Shown one piece after another: positions 1 to 10,053 of a DNA stretch of 64,000 nucleotides; position 1 is the first letter of the stretch, and the number at the start of each line of letters is the position of its first letter. Below the pieces are notes generated by a model. It saw only the letters and a program-made list of their open reading frames with translations, had not been told where the DNA came from and did not search any database. The position numbers and the translations under genes were made by a program. The stretch is from Pseudomonadota bacterium. Lineage in GTDB: Bacteria > Pseudomonadota > Alphaproteobacteria > Micavibrionales > CSBR16-224. Where the stretch lies: contig CP053449.1 in assembly GCA_013285465.1 (NCBI GenBank), positions 1,634,735 through 1,698,734 on the forward strand, read 5' to 3'.

Positions 1-2628
1 GCTTATGATGTGCTGGAGCTGTTTGCTTTTGTTTATCCCGCCCGTTTCTGTCTGCCGACAACTGCCGGACTTGTGGCAGAGCTCGGCCTGTCCGCACCTG
101 TTACCACAGCAGAGGAGGAATGCGTCGCCCTGCTGGATATTGCCCAGCATCTGCTGGCAGCCCTGACCGAAACCGGACGCAACGAAACATCTGACCCCGC
201 CGCCATGGCATGGATGATGGGGCCGGGATTATCGGCAAACGGTGACAGCGGCGCAGCAGGATGGCCATGGGCTGATCTTGTTTTAAAAACGCTCGGCAAA
301 ACAGAAGAATTCGCGGATGAACGCACATTGCGCAACGCCGTCAAAGTCTGGAACCGCCTGCAGGAATGGGCGGAAGAAGCCCCGCCCCCGCCGCCCGGAC
401 ATCAGCCCGTTTCCACGGAAGAGGCCGAACAGGCTTTGGCGCGCCTGCTTGACGCACGCGGCGGCGACACACGCCCGCGCCCATCACAACAGCAATATGC
501 CGCCGGGATCATTCCCGCCTTTAACCCGCGCAACCGTGAAAATCTTCCCAATACCGTCATTGCCGAAGCCGGTACGGGTACGGGAAAGACACTTGGTTAC
601 CTTGCCCCTGCGGGTGAATGGGCGGAAAAGAATGAAGGCTGTGTCTGGGTATCAACCTATACCAAAAACTTGCAAAGGCAGGTCGATGAAGAACTCTCGG
701 CGCTTTATGCCGATGACAGTGAAAAAAGGCGCAAAGTCGTGATCCGCAAAGGCCGCGAAAACTACCTTTGCCTGCTCAATCTGGAAGAAGCCCTCGGCAG
801 CCTTGCCGCCCGCAACAATCCGCGCTATGCCACCGCACTGGGGCTTGTCGCCCGCTGGACGGCGGCCTCCCGCGACGGCGATCTGCATGGCGGCGATATG
901 CCGGGCTGGCTGCCCGGTCTGGTCGGCTGGAAAGCAACACACGGGCTGGCAGACCGCCGCGGCGAATGTATTTTCAGCGCCTGTCAGCATTACCACCGCT
1001 GTTTTGTCGAAAAAAGCCAGCGCCTGTCACAGCGCGCCCGTATTGTCGTTGCCAATCACGCGCTTGTCATGCACCGCACCGCTCTCTCACATCCGCATGA
1101 TGTTTTACCAAACCGCTATGTTTTCGATGAGGGCCATCACCTTTTTGACGCCGCTGACAGCGCCTTTGCCCTGCATCTGTCAGGACGTGAAGCGGCCGAA
1201 TTACGGCGCTGGCTGCTGGGTACCGAAACGGAGAACGGCGGTCAATCGCCCGGCCGCAGTCGCAGCCGCGGCCTGCAGCGCCGCGTGGAAGAACTGGTTG
1301 CCGGCGATGAAAAAGCCCGGCATGCGCTGGATGATGTGCTGGAAGCCGCCCGCACGCTGCCGGGTTACGGCTGGGCGCGCCGCGTACAATCCGGCCAACC
1401 GAAAGGGCTTAGCGAAAACTTCCTGCATCTGGTGCGGGAACAGGTCTATGCCCGCAATACCGGCGGGCAGGACATGCTTTACTCTCTGGAAGCCGATGCA
1501 TTGCCGCCGATTGACGGCTTGTTTGAAGCCGCCTACGCTCTGTCCTGCCGTCTGCGCGATTTGAACCGCCCGCTGCAAACGCTGATCAATCTGCTGCAAA
1601 AACAGCTGGAAGAAGGCGCGGACACACTGACATCGGACACCAAACGCCGCATTGAATCCGTCTGCCACAGCCTACATTTCCGCGCCAATCTGGTTATCGC
1701 CGGCTGGGTGGATATGCTGGGCTGCCTGCAAAGCCAGACGAGTCACGATGCCTTTGTCGACTGGTTTCAAGTTGAGCGTATCGAAGGCCGCGAATATGAT
1801 ATCGGCATGTATCGTCACTGGGTTGACCCGACGCGCCCCTTTGCCGCCAATCTGAAGCCGCATGCGCATGGCGTGGTTGTCACATCGGCCAGCCTGCTGG
1901 ATACGGTCACCGAAAGTGATGACGGCTGGAATCATGTTGCACAACAGACAGGGGTTGTACACCTGACCGAAGATGCGGGTGCCTCGGCAGCCCGTGTAGA
2001 GCTACCCTCCCCTTACGACTATGCTGCGCAGTCACGTATTCTGGTTGTGACGGATGTGCCGCGTGAGAAAAATACACAGATCGCCATGGCCTATGCCGCA
2101 CTGTTCAAAGCTGCGGGCGGCGGTGCACTCGGATTATTCACCGCCATTCAGCGGCTGAAAAATATTCATGCGCGGCTGTTGCCCGAACTTGAGGAAAGCG
2201 ATTTGAAGCTTTACGCCCAGCATCTGGACGGGCTGGATCCGACAACGCTGACAGCCATGTTCCGCATGGAAGAAAATTCCTGCATGCTGGGAACAGATGC
2301 CACCCGTGACGGCATGGATGTACCGGGACGCTCCCTGCGGCTGATCGTGTTTGACCGCGTGCCCTGGCCGCGCCCGACGATTTTGCACAAGGCAAGACGC
2401 AAATATTTCGGGCAGGGTTATGATGACCGCGTCACCCGTTTTCGCCTGAAACAGGCTTATGGCCGCCTGATCCGGCATGAACAGGATCAAGGTATTTTCG
2501 TGATGCTGGACAGCCGCTTGCCGACGCGTCTGACTGCCGCCTTCCCGAAAGATGTGCCGATTGAGCGCGTTGGTCTTGCCGAAGCCGTCGATATCATCAA
2601 AAACTTTTTGCCCGCAGATGACATTTGA
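1..2628 (+). CDS. DinG/XPD-family (Rad3-related) Fe-S ATP-dependent DNA helicase, 5' end cut by the window edge
   Basis: Frame 1 is open from nt 1 (listed ORF 10..2628). Walker A AEAGTGTGKT and motif II DEGHH are present. A Cys cluster (YLCLL ... CIFSACQHYHRC) lies between motifs I and II, as in the DinG/XPD Fe-S domain. C-terminal helicase motifs are GTDATRDGMDVPG and QAYGRLIR. Confidence 0.8.
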   Translation, partial: AYDVLELFAFVYPARFCLPTTAGLVAELGLSAPVTTAEEECVALLDIAQHLLAALTETGRNETSDPAAMAWMMGPGLSANGDSGAAGWPWADLVLKTLGKTEEFADERTLRNAVKVWNRLQEWAEEAPPPPPGHQPVSTEEAEQALARLLDARGGDTRPRPSQQQYAAGIIPAFNPRNRENLPNTVIAEAGTGTGKTLGYLAPAGEWAEKNEGCVWVSTYTKNLQRQVDEELSALYADDSEKRRKVVIRKGRENYLCLLNLEEALGSLAARNNPRYATALGLVARWTAASRDGDLHGGDMPGWLPGLVGWKATHGLADRRGECIFSACQHYHRCFVEKSQRLSQRARIVVANHALVMHRTALSHPHDVLPNRYVFDEGHHLFDAADSAFALHLSGREAAELRRWLLGTETENGGQSPGRSRSRGLQRRVEELVAGDEKARHALDDVLEAARTLPGYGWARRVQSGQPKGLSENFLHLVREQVYARNTGGQDMLYSLEADALPPIDGLFEAAYALSCRLRDLNRPLQTLINLLQKQLEEGADTLTSDTKRRIESVCHSLHFRANLVIAGWVDMLGCLQSQTSHDAFVDWFQVERIEGREYDIGMYRHWVDPTRPFAANLKPHAHGVVVTSASLLDTVTESDDGWNHVAQQTGVVHLTEDAGASAARVELPSPYDYAAQSRILVVTDVPREKNTQIAMAYAALFKAAGGGALGLFTAIQRLKNIHARLLPELEESDLKLYAQHLDGLDPTTLTAMFRMEENSCMLGTDATRDGMDVPGRSLRLIVFDRVPWPRPTILHKARRKYFGQGYDDRVTRFRLKQAYGRLIRHEQDQGIFVMLDSRLPTRLTAAFPKDVPIERVGLAEAVDIIKNFLPADDI

Positions 2629-3484
2629 GCCTTTTTCCATCACCGCCCCCGCCAAGATCAATCTGTTCCTGCATATCACAGGGCGGCGTGCGGACGGATA
2701 TCATCTGCTCAACACTCTGATTGACTTCGCCGATAGCGGCAGCCTCGCCTGCGACCGTCTGGATTTTGCTCCGGCAGAAGAATTCTCCCTGCATATCACA
2801 GGTGATTTTGCTGCAGCATTACGAGAAGAAGACCCGCAGCAAAATCTGATCACCCGCGCGGCAAAGACGCTCTGCGGCAGCCTGCCGCCCGTTGCGGTTA
2901 GGCTTGTCAAAAACCTGCCCGTCGCAGCAGGTATCGGCGGCGGCAGCGCCGATGCCGCCGCCTGTTTGAAAGGATTGTCCCGACTGTTGGAAAAACACCT
3001 TCCGCTTGATGATGCCGCAACACTCGGCGCTGATATTCCCGCCTGCCTTGCGGGCAAGCCTGTCCTCGCCCGCGGCATCGGTGAAGAGCTGCATCCCGTT
3101 GCCTTACCCCGTTACGCCTTATTGCTGGTTAATCCGAGAAAAACGCTTTCAACACCGGATGTCTTCCGCCGCTATGCCGCCTCTGATCCTGCTTTTCACA
3201 CCGGCGACAGCTTGGCGGACGCCTTCTCTTTGGAAGAACTCATTGCCTGCGTCACCAACAGCCGCAATGACCTGCAAAGTGCTGCTGCGGCCTTAATGCC
3301 GGAGATTGGTGATGTTCTGCATGAGCTTGAAGATCAACATACCTGCCTTGCCGCCCGCATGTCCGGCAGCGGCGCAACCTGCTTTGGTATATTCGCCGAT
3401 GATAAGGCGGCGCAAAGCGCGGAACAGGCGATCAAAACAGCGCATCCGGACTGGTGGTGCGCTATTGCAAAAACATTCTCTTAG
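2618..3484 (+). CDS. ispE: 4-diphosphocytidyl-2-C-methyl-D-erythritol kinase
   Basis: N-terminus APAKINLFLHITGRRADGYH and GHMP-kinase motif PVAAGIGGGSADAAA. The internal ATG at 2618 overlaps the helicase stop. The listed ORF 2552..3484 carries an unlikely N-terminal extension. Confidence 0.9.
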   Translation: MTFEPFSITAPAKINLFLHITGRRADGYHLLNTLIDFADSGSLACDRLDFAPAEEFSLHITGDFAAALREEDPQQNLITRAAKTLCGSLPPVAVRLVKNLPVAAGIGGGSADAAACLKGLSRLLEKHLPLDDAATLGADIPACLAGKPVLARGIGEELHPVALPRYALLLVNPRKTLSTPDVFRRYAASDPAFHTGDSLADAFSLEELIACVTNSRNDLQSAAAALMPEIGDVLHELEDQHTCLAARMSGSGATCFGIFADDKAAQSAEQAIKTAHPDWWCAIAKTFS

Positions 3485-3491
3485 AAAAAAA

Positions 3492-3821
3492 TCAGTACAG
3501 GCTGCCGGAAAGCGGCAGAACATGCTCATCAGGATGCAGATAGCCGAGTTTTGTGCGCACCTGTTCATCCAGCATATCTTCATCAATTGCAGGCGGGCGC
3601 AGTAATTCGACGCGGTGCTGCAATTGCTGTTTTTCAGCATCCAGCGCCGCATATGCGGCAGCGGCGGCGCTTTTCTCCGCACGCAGATTTTTCAGCGCCG
3701 TATAGCCGCGCTCCCCCTGCACCAGATGCAGCGTGAAATAGGAAAACAGTAGAAAACCGAGGAACGACCAGAAGGATCGTTTAAAAGCTTTGCCGGTTGG
3801 AAAGAAACTATTGGGGGGCAT
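3492..3821 (-). CDS. Septum formation initiator (FtsB/DivIC family) protein
   Basis: One N-terminal TM (FWSFLGFLLFSYFTLHLV) followed by a coiled coil (LKNLRAEKSAAAAAYAALDAEKQQLQHRVELL) and ...DMLDEQVRTKLGYLHPDE. Start taken at the ATG at 3821, with GGAG about 12 nt upstream. The longest ORF runs to 3872. Confidence 0.75.
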   Translation of the reverse strand: MPPNSFFPTGKAFKRSFWSFLGFLLFSYFTLHLVQGERGYTALKNLRAEKSAAAAAYAALDAEKQQLQHRVELLRPPAIDEDMLDEQVRTKLGYLHPDEHVLPLSGSLY

Positions 3822-3901
3822 ATTTAAAAACTCCGCTCTTATTACAGAATCATATGCGCCGCCCTGCGTCAATCATTTATCGAAAAACCCGCCCGTTTTT
3901 A

Positions 3902-3930
3902 TTGACATAATCATATACTCATGTTATAAA
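3902..3930 (+). promoter_or_regulatory. Sigma70-like promoter candidate (TTGACA-17 nt-TATAAA)
   Basis: TTGACA at 3902-3907, a 17-nt spacer, then TATAAA at 3925-3930. It sits 47 nt upstream of the ATG at 3978. Confidence 0.4.
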
Positions 3931-3977
3931 ATACCAGCAAAACACTTTAAATAAACGATCATTCAAAGGGAATAGTC

Positions 3978-4778
3978 ATGGCCAGCGCAGGCGAATGGAT
4001 CAAATACCATGTGATGAACACATTGGAGCACAGCTTTGATAAAGACGGCAAACTGGTTGCCGCGATTGTCGTTGCCGCCGCCGCCAGCGGCGGGTTCTTT
4101 ATTTCCGATGCCGTGCAGGATTATAACACGGCCATGGATAATCAGGGTATTGAAGCGGTCGAAACCGCCTCCTATGAAGCACTTTCCTCCCAAATTGTCG
4201 ATTTTCAGCGCAATGCGCAAGCCCTTGATGTCATGCAGCAAAAACTGGATTATTACGATGATTTAAGCCGCGACGAAAAAACGCCGCAGACGATTGATGA
4301 GGAAGCCGCCCTGCAAACGCAATTTGCCGATCTTCAGCGTGATCTGAATACGCAGGTGAAAGAGATTTCCGTCGCCGCCTTTACCAGCGGCAATACAACA
4401 GACGGTGTTGCCATCGGCGAAGAATCCCTCAGCAGTTTGTGGAAACAGCTGGATCATACATCACCTAACCTGCAAACCTTGAACACGACCTATGACATCA
4501 CAAAGTTTCCGGCCCCTTCCTTCGCTTATCTGGATGAGGCCCGCGCGGAAACGGAAGTCAATAAGAATGCCCCGCTTGATGTTCAATTCAATGCCGCCAC
4601 GGAAATCGCCAATGACTCCAGCGGTAGCGCATTGGGCAACGGCTTTGGCGCCTTTTTCATGATCTTACTGGCAACCGCCGGCGTCGGTCTTGGCGGCGGG
4701 CTGGTAAACAGTAACCGCAAGCGGCAATTCGGTCGTAACGGACATCGGCCAAAGCCGAAAAAACCGGGCGCACATTAA
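3978..4778 (+). CDS. Hypothetical membrane-anchored protein (N-terminal and C-terminal Gly-rich TM segments, basic tail)
   Basis: Long ORF with AAGGG about 9 nt upstream of the ATG. TM-like segments are LVAAIVVAAAASGGFFI and FGAFFMILLATAGVGLGGGLV, and the tail is RKRQFGRNGHRPKPKKP. No family recognised. Confidence 0.5.
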   Translation: MASAGEWIKYHVMNTLEHSFDKDGKLVAAIVVAAAASGGFFISDAVQDYNTAMDNQGIEAVETASYEALSSQIVDFQRNAQALDVMQQKLDYYDDLSRDEKTPQTIDEEAALQTQFADLQRDLNTQVKEISVAAFTSGNTTDGVAIGEESLSSLWKQLDHTSPNLQTLNTTYDITKFPAPSFAYLDEARAETEVNKNAPLDVQFNAATEIANDSSGSALGNGFGAFFMILLATAGVGLGGGLVNSNRKRQFGRNGHRPKPKKPGAH

Positions 4779-4800
4779 AACATCATATTAAAACGCATAG

Positions 4801-4881
4801 CGTGCCGTATGGGTTAGGCACAAGGAGCGAGGTGTACGGGAAAGTACATGAGCGACGATGTAACGCAGCCTATACGGCACG
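4801..4881. repeat. Intergenic inverted repeat (about 81 bp) between two convergent genes; possible bidirectional terminator or REP-like element
   Basis: CGTGCCGTAT (4801-4810) pairs perfectly with ATACGGCACG (4872-4881). Partial further pairing exists (GGGTTAGGC versus GCAGCCTAT). Confidence 0.45.
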
Positions 4882-4891
4882 ATAGATGTTT

Positions 4892-7800
4892 TTACATTTC
4901 AAGAACATCGGCAACACCGTTGATCTGCCGCAAGCGATGGCGCATTTGTTGCGAGACAGCCCATTTCTCGGGCAGCAATATCAGCGCCTCCTGATGAGAA
5001 TCATACAGCTTGGCCAGTATTTCGACACTTTTATGACCGTCTTCTTCCGCATCGGCATTATCCAGAATGTTATGTATTTCAGCCGCCGCCCCCTCTTTAT
5101 CAATGACAATGCGCACGGTCTGCGTTGCCTCTTCGACATGCGGCGTCAAAAGCTCGACCTTCTGCGCCAGAAAACGCACTTCGTCTTCACTCTGTTTATC
5201 AACATCGACCGACATGAGAAGCGACTCCCCGGCGACAAGAATATCGCGGGAGGATGCCAGCACATCCGAAAACATCATCACTTCATAAACGCCGCCGCCG
5301 TCAGAAACTTGCATAAAGGCAAAACGGTTGCCCTTTGCAGAGACGCGTTCGCGCTTTTTCAAAACAATCCCCGCCATTTTAAAGCGCGTTGTCGGTGATT
5401 CTTCAATCTTCTGCAAAACTTCACCTGATGAAACCACCCGCAACCGCCTCAATTGCTGTTCCATTGTATCCAGCGGGTGTGCCGACAGATAAAAACCGAC
5501 GGCACCGAATTCTTTCTGTAAGGATTCCAGCGGGTCCCATTGTTCAACATCGGGCAGCGGCGGCAGCGCCAATGAACTTTCTTCCGCGCTGCCGAACAGG
5601 CTTTCCTGTCCGCTTTCTTTTTCTTCGGCAACGCTGGTCGCGTAACGCAGCAACATTTCCGCCGCCGCATGCGCTTGCGCCCGGTTCGCGACAAGACTGT
5701 CAAAAGCCCCCGCAGCAGCCAGTGCCTCCATCTGGCGGCGGTTCATATTGCGATAGCCCGCACGGCGCATCAGATCATAAATATCCTTGAATGCGCCATT
5801 GGCACGGCGTTCCTCGACCAGCTGCTGCATCGCCTGTTCGCCAACACCTTTCAGCGCCGCCAGCGCATAACGAATAACTTTCTCGCCCGTTTCCTCCACG
5901 GTTTCGACACAGAAATTGACCTCGGATTTATTGATGTCCGGCGGCAGCAGCGTGATCTTCATATCCCGCAGCACCTGACGAAATTCACCGAGTTTATCAG
6001 TGTTACCGCGATCAAAGCACAGTGTCGCCGCCATAAATTCAACGGGGTAATTCGCTTTCAGATAGGCGGTCTGATAAGCGATAAAGGCATAGGCAGCCGA
6101 GTGCGCACGGTTAAAACCATAACCCGCAAATTTTGCGACCTGATCAAAAATCACGCCGGCATTGTCACCATCCACATCATTTTTGACCGCACCTTCAACA
6201 AAAATTTCGCGCTGACGATCCATCTCCTCCTTAATCTTTTTACCCATCGCCTTACGGAGAAGGTCAGCTGCGCCAAGACTGTAACCCGACAAAGTCTGCG
6301 CCACCTGCATAACCTGTTCCTGATAGATCATCACGCCATAGGTCTCGGCCAAAATCGGCTCCAGCGACGGGTGCATGAAATCCTGCTCCTCCTGCCCGTG
6401 CAGACAGGCAAGATAACGCGGTATATTTTCCATCGGACCCGGACGGTACAGTGCCACGGCAGCAGCAATCTGCATGAATTTGCTCATCCGCATCTGGCGG
6501 CATAGATCACGGAAGCCCTGACTCTCCAGCTGGAAGACGGCACTGGTATCGCCTTTGGCCAGCATCGCAAAAGTTTTCTCGTCATCCAGCGGGAACTCCA
6601 GCGGATCAAGCTTCTCGCCTGTCTCTTCCTCAATAATATCAATCGCCCGCTTCACAACCGAGATGGTTTTCAATCCCAGAAAATCGAATTTAACCAACCC
6701 CGCCTGCTCGACATATTTCATGTTGAACTGCGTCACCGGCATATCAGAGCGCGGATCGCGGTAAAGCGGCACAAGCTCGTCCAGCGGACGGTCACCGATC
6801 ACCACGCCCGCTGCATGGGTGGAGGCATGGCGGTACAGCCCTTCCAGATCAAGGGCAATTTCAATCAGCCGGGCGACATTTTCATCACTGTCACGCGCAG
6901 CGCTTAAATCAGGCTCACTATCCAGTGCCTCCTGCAATGTTACCGGATTGGCGGGATTGCTGGGAATCAGCTTGGCAATTCTATCGACCTGACCATAAGG
7001 CATTTGCAGCACGCGTCCGACATCACGCACCACAGCCCGCGCCTGCAATTTACCGAAGGTGATAATCTGCGCCACGCGGTCACGCCCGTAACGTTCCTGC
7101 ACATAATGGATGACCTCGTCACGGCGCTCCTGACAGAAATCGATATCAAAATCCGGCATGGAGATACGTTCAGGATTCAGGAACCGCTCGAACAGCAGAT
7201 TCATATCAATCGGGTCAAGGTCAGTGATTTTCATTGCCCAGGCAACAACCGACCCCGCTCCCGAACCACGACCCGGTCCGACAGGAATGTCGTGGTCTTT
7301 CGCCCATTGGATAAAATCGGCAACGATCAGAAAATATCCGGCAAAGCCCATCTTGCACAAAATATCCAATTCGAAATCGCGGCGGTCATAATAGATTTTG
7401 CGCTGCGCGTCTTTGTCCGCTTCGCTCATATCATCGGTAAAGACATATTTTTCAAGACGCCAGTCCAGCCCTTCGGCGGTTTCACGGCGCAGGGTTTCTT
7501 CCTCTGACGTATCTTCAGCATCCGTAAAACGCGGCAGGATCGGATCAATCGGTTTCAGCAAAAAACTGCAGCGCTGCGCGATCCGCACGGTATTTTCCAC
7601 CGCTTCGGGAAGGTCGGAGAATAGCTCGACCATTTCCGTTTGCGATTTAAAATAATGCTCTTCCGTGACGCGGCGGCGGCTTTCCTGCGAGACATAAGCG
7701 CCCTGCGCAATACACAGCAATGCATCATGCGACAGATGCATGCGGCGTTCGGGGAAATAGCAGTCATTGCTCGCCACCAGCGGAATATTGTGCTTATAGG

Positions 7801-8365
7801 CCAGATCAAGAAAACCCTCTTCCGTGGCCGCTTCATCCGCTGTGCCGTGACGCATTAATTCGATATACAGCCTATCCTGAAAAGCGGCTTTCAGCATCAG
7901 CAGGAATTCTTCAGCCTCTTCCAGTTGCCGTTTTTGCAGGAACTGCCCGACGGGACCGCCCGACCCGCCTGTCAGACAAATCAGCCCTTCGTGATGTTCC
8001 ACAAGCGTTTCCGGCAGAATATGTGACGGTTCAGCTTCATCCGTTTCAAGGAACGCCTTACTGCTAAGCTTCAACAGATTGCGGTATCCGGCATCATTCT
8101 GCACCAGCAGAACAACCGGTACCGGCATATCGCTCGCTTCACATTTAACGGCCAGCTGGCAACCTATGATCGGCTGCACACCTTTCCCTGCCGCCGCAAT
8201 GGAAAATTCCAGCGCCCCGAACAAATTATTCGTATCGGTTACCGCCACAGCGGGCATATCGTCATGGATACATTGTTTGACCAGTTCGGGAATACGGTTT
8301 GCCCCTTCCGCCAATGAATAGGCGGAATGCACGCGCAAGTGAATGAATCGGGGCTTTTCGGACAT
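4892..8365 (-). CDS. dnaE: DNA polymerase III alpha subunit
   Basis: 1157 aa. N-terminal PHP domain FIHLRVHSAYSLAEGA; polymerase core motifs (GPGRGSGAGSVVAWAMKITDLDP, PDFDIDFC); C-terminal OB-fold region. Confidence 0.97.
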   Translation of the reverse strand: MSEKPRFIHLRVHSAYSLAEGANRIPELVKQCIHDDMPAVAVTDTNNLFGALEFSIAAAGKGVQPIIGCQLAVKCEASDMPVPVVLLVQNDAGYRNLLKLSSKAFLETDEAEPSHILPETLVEHHEGLICLTGGSGGPVGQFLQKRQLEEAEEFLLMLKAAFQDRLYIELMRHGTADEAATEEGFLDLAYKHNIPLVASNDCYFPERRMHLSHDALLCIAQGAYVSQESRRRVTEEHYFKSQTEMVELFSDLPEAVENTVRIAQRCSFLLKPIDPILPRFTDAEDTSEEETLRRETAEGLDWRLEKYVFTDDMSEADKDAQRKIYYDRRDFELDILCKMGFAGYFLIVADFIQWAKDHDIPVGPGRGSGAGSVVAWAMKITDLDPIDMNLLFERFLNPERISMPDFDIDFCQERRDEVIHYVQERYGRDRVAQIITFGKLQARAVVRDVGRVLQMPYGQVDRIAKLIPSNPANPVTLQEALDSEPDLSAARDSDENVARLIEIALDLEGLYRHASTHAAGVVIGDRPLDELVPLYRDPRSDMPVTQFNMKYVEQAGLVKFDFLGLKTISVVKRAIDIIEEETGEKLDPLEFPLDDEKTFAMLAKGDTSAVFQLESQGFRDLCRQMRMSKFMQIAAAVALYRPGPMENIPRYLACLHGQEEQDFMHPSLEPILAETYGVMIYQEQVMQVAQTLSGYSLGAADLLRKAMGKKIKEEMDRQREIFVEGAVKNDVDGDNAGVIFDQVAKFAGYGFNRAHSAAYAFIAYQTAYLKANYPVEFMAATLCFDRGNTDKLGEFRQVLRDMKITLLPPDINKSEVNFCVETVEETGEKVIRYALAALKGVGEQAMQQLVEERRANGAFKDIYDLMRRAGYRNMNRRQMEALAAAGAFDSLVANRAQAHAAAEMLLRYATSVAEEKESGQESLFGSAEESSLALPPLPDVEQWDPLESLQKEFGAVGFYLSAHPLDTMEQQLRRLRVVSSGEVLQKIEESPTTRFKMAGIVLKKRERVSAKGNRFAFMQVSDGGGVYEVMMFSDVLASSRDILVAGESLLMSVDVDKQSEDEVRFLAQKVELLTPHVEEATQTVRIVIDKEGAAAEIHNILDNADAEEDGHKSVEILAKLYDSHQEALILLPEKWAVSQQMRHRLRQINGVADVLEM

Positions 8366-8403
8366 TATTTTTTATAGCCCAAAAGACCTGACTGTTCCAC
8401 AGC

Positions 8404-8895
8404 TCATTTGGAAAGAAGCGGTTTGATATGGCCGAAAGGGTCATCCGCCGCCGCAAGGCCGGTAATTTTTATCTGCTGCAGCTTCAGTCCGCCGATTTGC
8501 AGCGGCGTGTCAAAGATAATAATAACATTCACAAAGCCTGCGGCGCGGTCTTTCTCCGAAATTTTCTCATCCGCAATAAAATCCCGGATATTGTCGTAGG
8601 AAACGGACCAGATTTCCCGCGCGCCTCTGGAAAGCGCCAGAGAGGACTTATAAGCTTTTAGAGATGCCCCTGTCTGCTTGGCCAACAAAGGCGGCAGCAC
8701 AATCGACCAGAATACATCTAAAGCCGCCACCCCCAGCACAAGGTAGAAAATCAACGGCTCCACATCCATCAGCAGTTTGATGACCAGTGCCGCAATCCCC
8801 AGAAACAAAGCCCCCAGATAAAGGAATATGCGGATCAGCGTAATTTGGGATTTCAATATGGATGTCGTGAAAATATAAAGCGGTTCTTCCGTCAC
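8404..8895 (-). CDS. Hypothetical membrane protein (2 TM plus a soluble C-domain, possibly bacterial PH/YdbS-like)
   Basis: Two hydrophobic helices (LIRIFLYLGALFLGIAALVIKLL and LIFYLVLGVAALDVFWSIVLPPLL). The GTG start overlaps the add stop as GTGA. The family call is weak. Confidence 0.5.
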   Translation of the reverse strand: MTEEPLYIFTTSILKSQITLIRIFLYLGALFLGIAALVIKLLMDVEPLIFYLVLGVAALDVFWSIVLPPLLAKQTGASLKAYKSSLALSRGAREIWSVSYDNIRDFIADEKISEKDRAAGFVNVIIIFDTPLQIGGLKLQQIKITGLAAADDPFGHIKPLLSK

Positions 8896-9980
8896 CGTCT
8901 GTTCTCCCTATTCCCCGGCTGTGCGGCGTTTCCCGCAGAGGGGACGGCTTTCATATCTGCGGCATAATCATCAATTTTTTTCAGCAACTTTTCGCGGGTC
9001 GCCTCGTCAACGAAAGCCGCCTCAACCGCATTCCGCGTCACTTGCAACAGCTCTTCCGCCGTAAAGCCGAATTCCTCTGCCGCTATTTTGTATTCCTGAC
9101 CGATCGTGGTTTTAAAGAAAGGCGGGTCATCGCTGCCGAGCGTCACCTTAAAGCCTTCATCAAATAATTTGCGCAAAGGGTGCGACGCATAATCCTGAAA
9201 CACATTCATAACCAGATTGCTGGAAACGCAAACTTCCGGCACTGCACCGAATTTTTGCATCTCTTTCATCAAATCCTCATCTTCGATAATGCGCACCATA
9301 TGCCCGTAACGGATACAGCCAAGCTGTTCCTTTACATCGCGAATACTCTCCGGTCCGGCTGCCTCCCCCGCATGGGCGCTCGTCGCCAGCCCCGCATCCG
9401 ATGCGATTTTAAAAGCAGGCGCAAAATCCGTGACCGTATGCGCGTTTTCATCTCCTGCCATATGAAAGGCCGTCACCAATTCATGCGGGTAATCAACGGT
9501 TTGCTGCGCCACTTTCACGGCATTGTCAGGCCCGTAATGGCGGACACAGGCAGACAGCAATCGCGCCTCTATTCCCGTTTCCTCCCGTGCCTGGTAAACG
9601 CCTGCGGCAATCGCATCCACCATCTCCTGATAACTCAGCCCGACGGATGCGCCGTGATCGGCGGAGATAATCAGCTCTTCATAAATCGCCCCCTCCGCCG
9701 CGCAGCGTTTCAGATAGTCACAGGTAATGTCACGGTAATCATCTGCGGTTTTAATCAGCGCTGCGACCTTATCATAAGCTTTCAGAAAACCGACCAGATC
9801 TCCCGCCGCCGTACCGTCACTGTCCCAGCGGTATCCTGTACCGTCATCAGTGAACAGATCATCGGGTAGATCAATGCCGTTTTTTTTGGCCAGTTTCTTT
9901 GCCATCGCGGGCGCAATCGTGCCTTCCAGATGTGCGTGCAGTTCCGCTTTCGGCAGTTTTGCGATTTCCGGTTTTGCCAT
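8892..9980 (-). CDS. add: Adenosine/adenine deaminase family protein
   Basis: Metal-binding N-terminus ELHAHLEGT, HAGE motif (SAHAGEAAGPE) and C-terminal SDDPPFF signature. There is an extra C-terminal tail of about 30 aa. Confidence 0.85.
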   Translation of the reverse strand: MAKPEIAKLPKAELHAHLEGTIAPAMAKKLAKKNGIDLPDDLFTDDGTGYRWDSDGTAAGDLVGFLKAYDKVAALIKTADDYRDITCDYLKRCAAEGAIYEELIISADHGASVGLSYQEMVDAIAAGVYQAREETGIEARLLSACVRHYGPDNAVKVAQQTVDYPHELVTAFHMAGDENAHTVTDFAPAFKIASDAGLATSAHAGEAAGPESIRDVKEQLGCIRYGHMVRIIEDEDLMKEMQKFGAVPEVCVSSNLVMNVFQDYASHPLRKLFDEGFKVTLGSDDPPFFKTTIGQEYKIAAEEFGFTAEELLQVTRNAVEAAFVDEATREKLLKKIDDYAADMKAVPSAGNAAQPGNRENRR

Positions 9981-10053
9981 GTCGAATTAATCCTTTCGCC
10001 TGAATCCCGTATCCGATAGAATATACAGTAAATCATCATGGAAGGGGAGAGCC

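Noticed and set aside
1-2628. DinG-like helicase as a defence-system component.
   Set aside because: It sits beside ispE, an ftsB-like gene and dnaE in a housekeeping context, with no nuclease, methylase or Cas partner.
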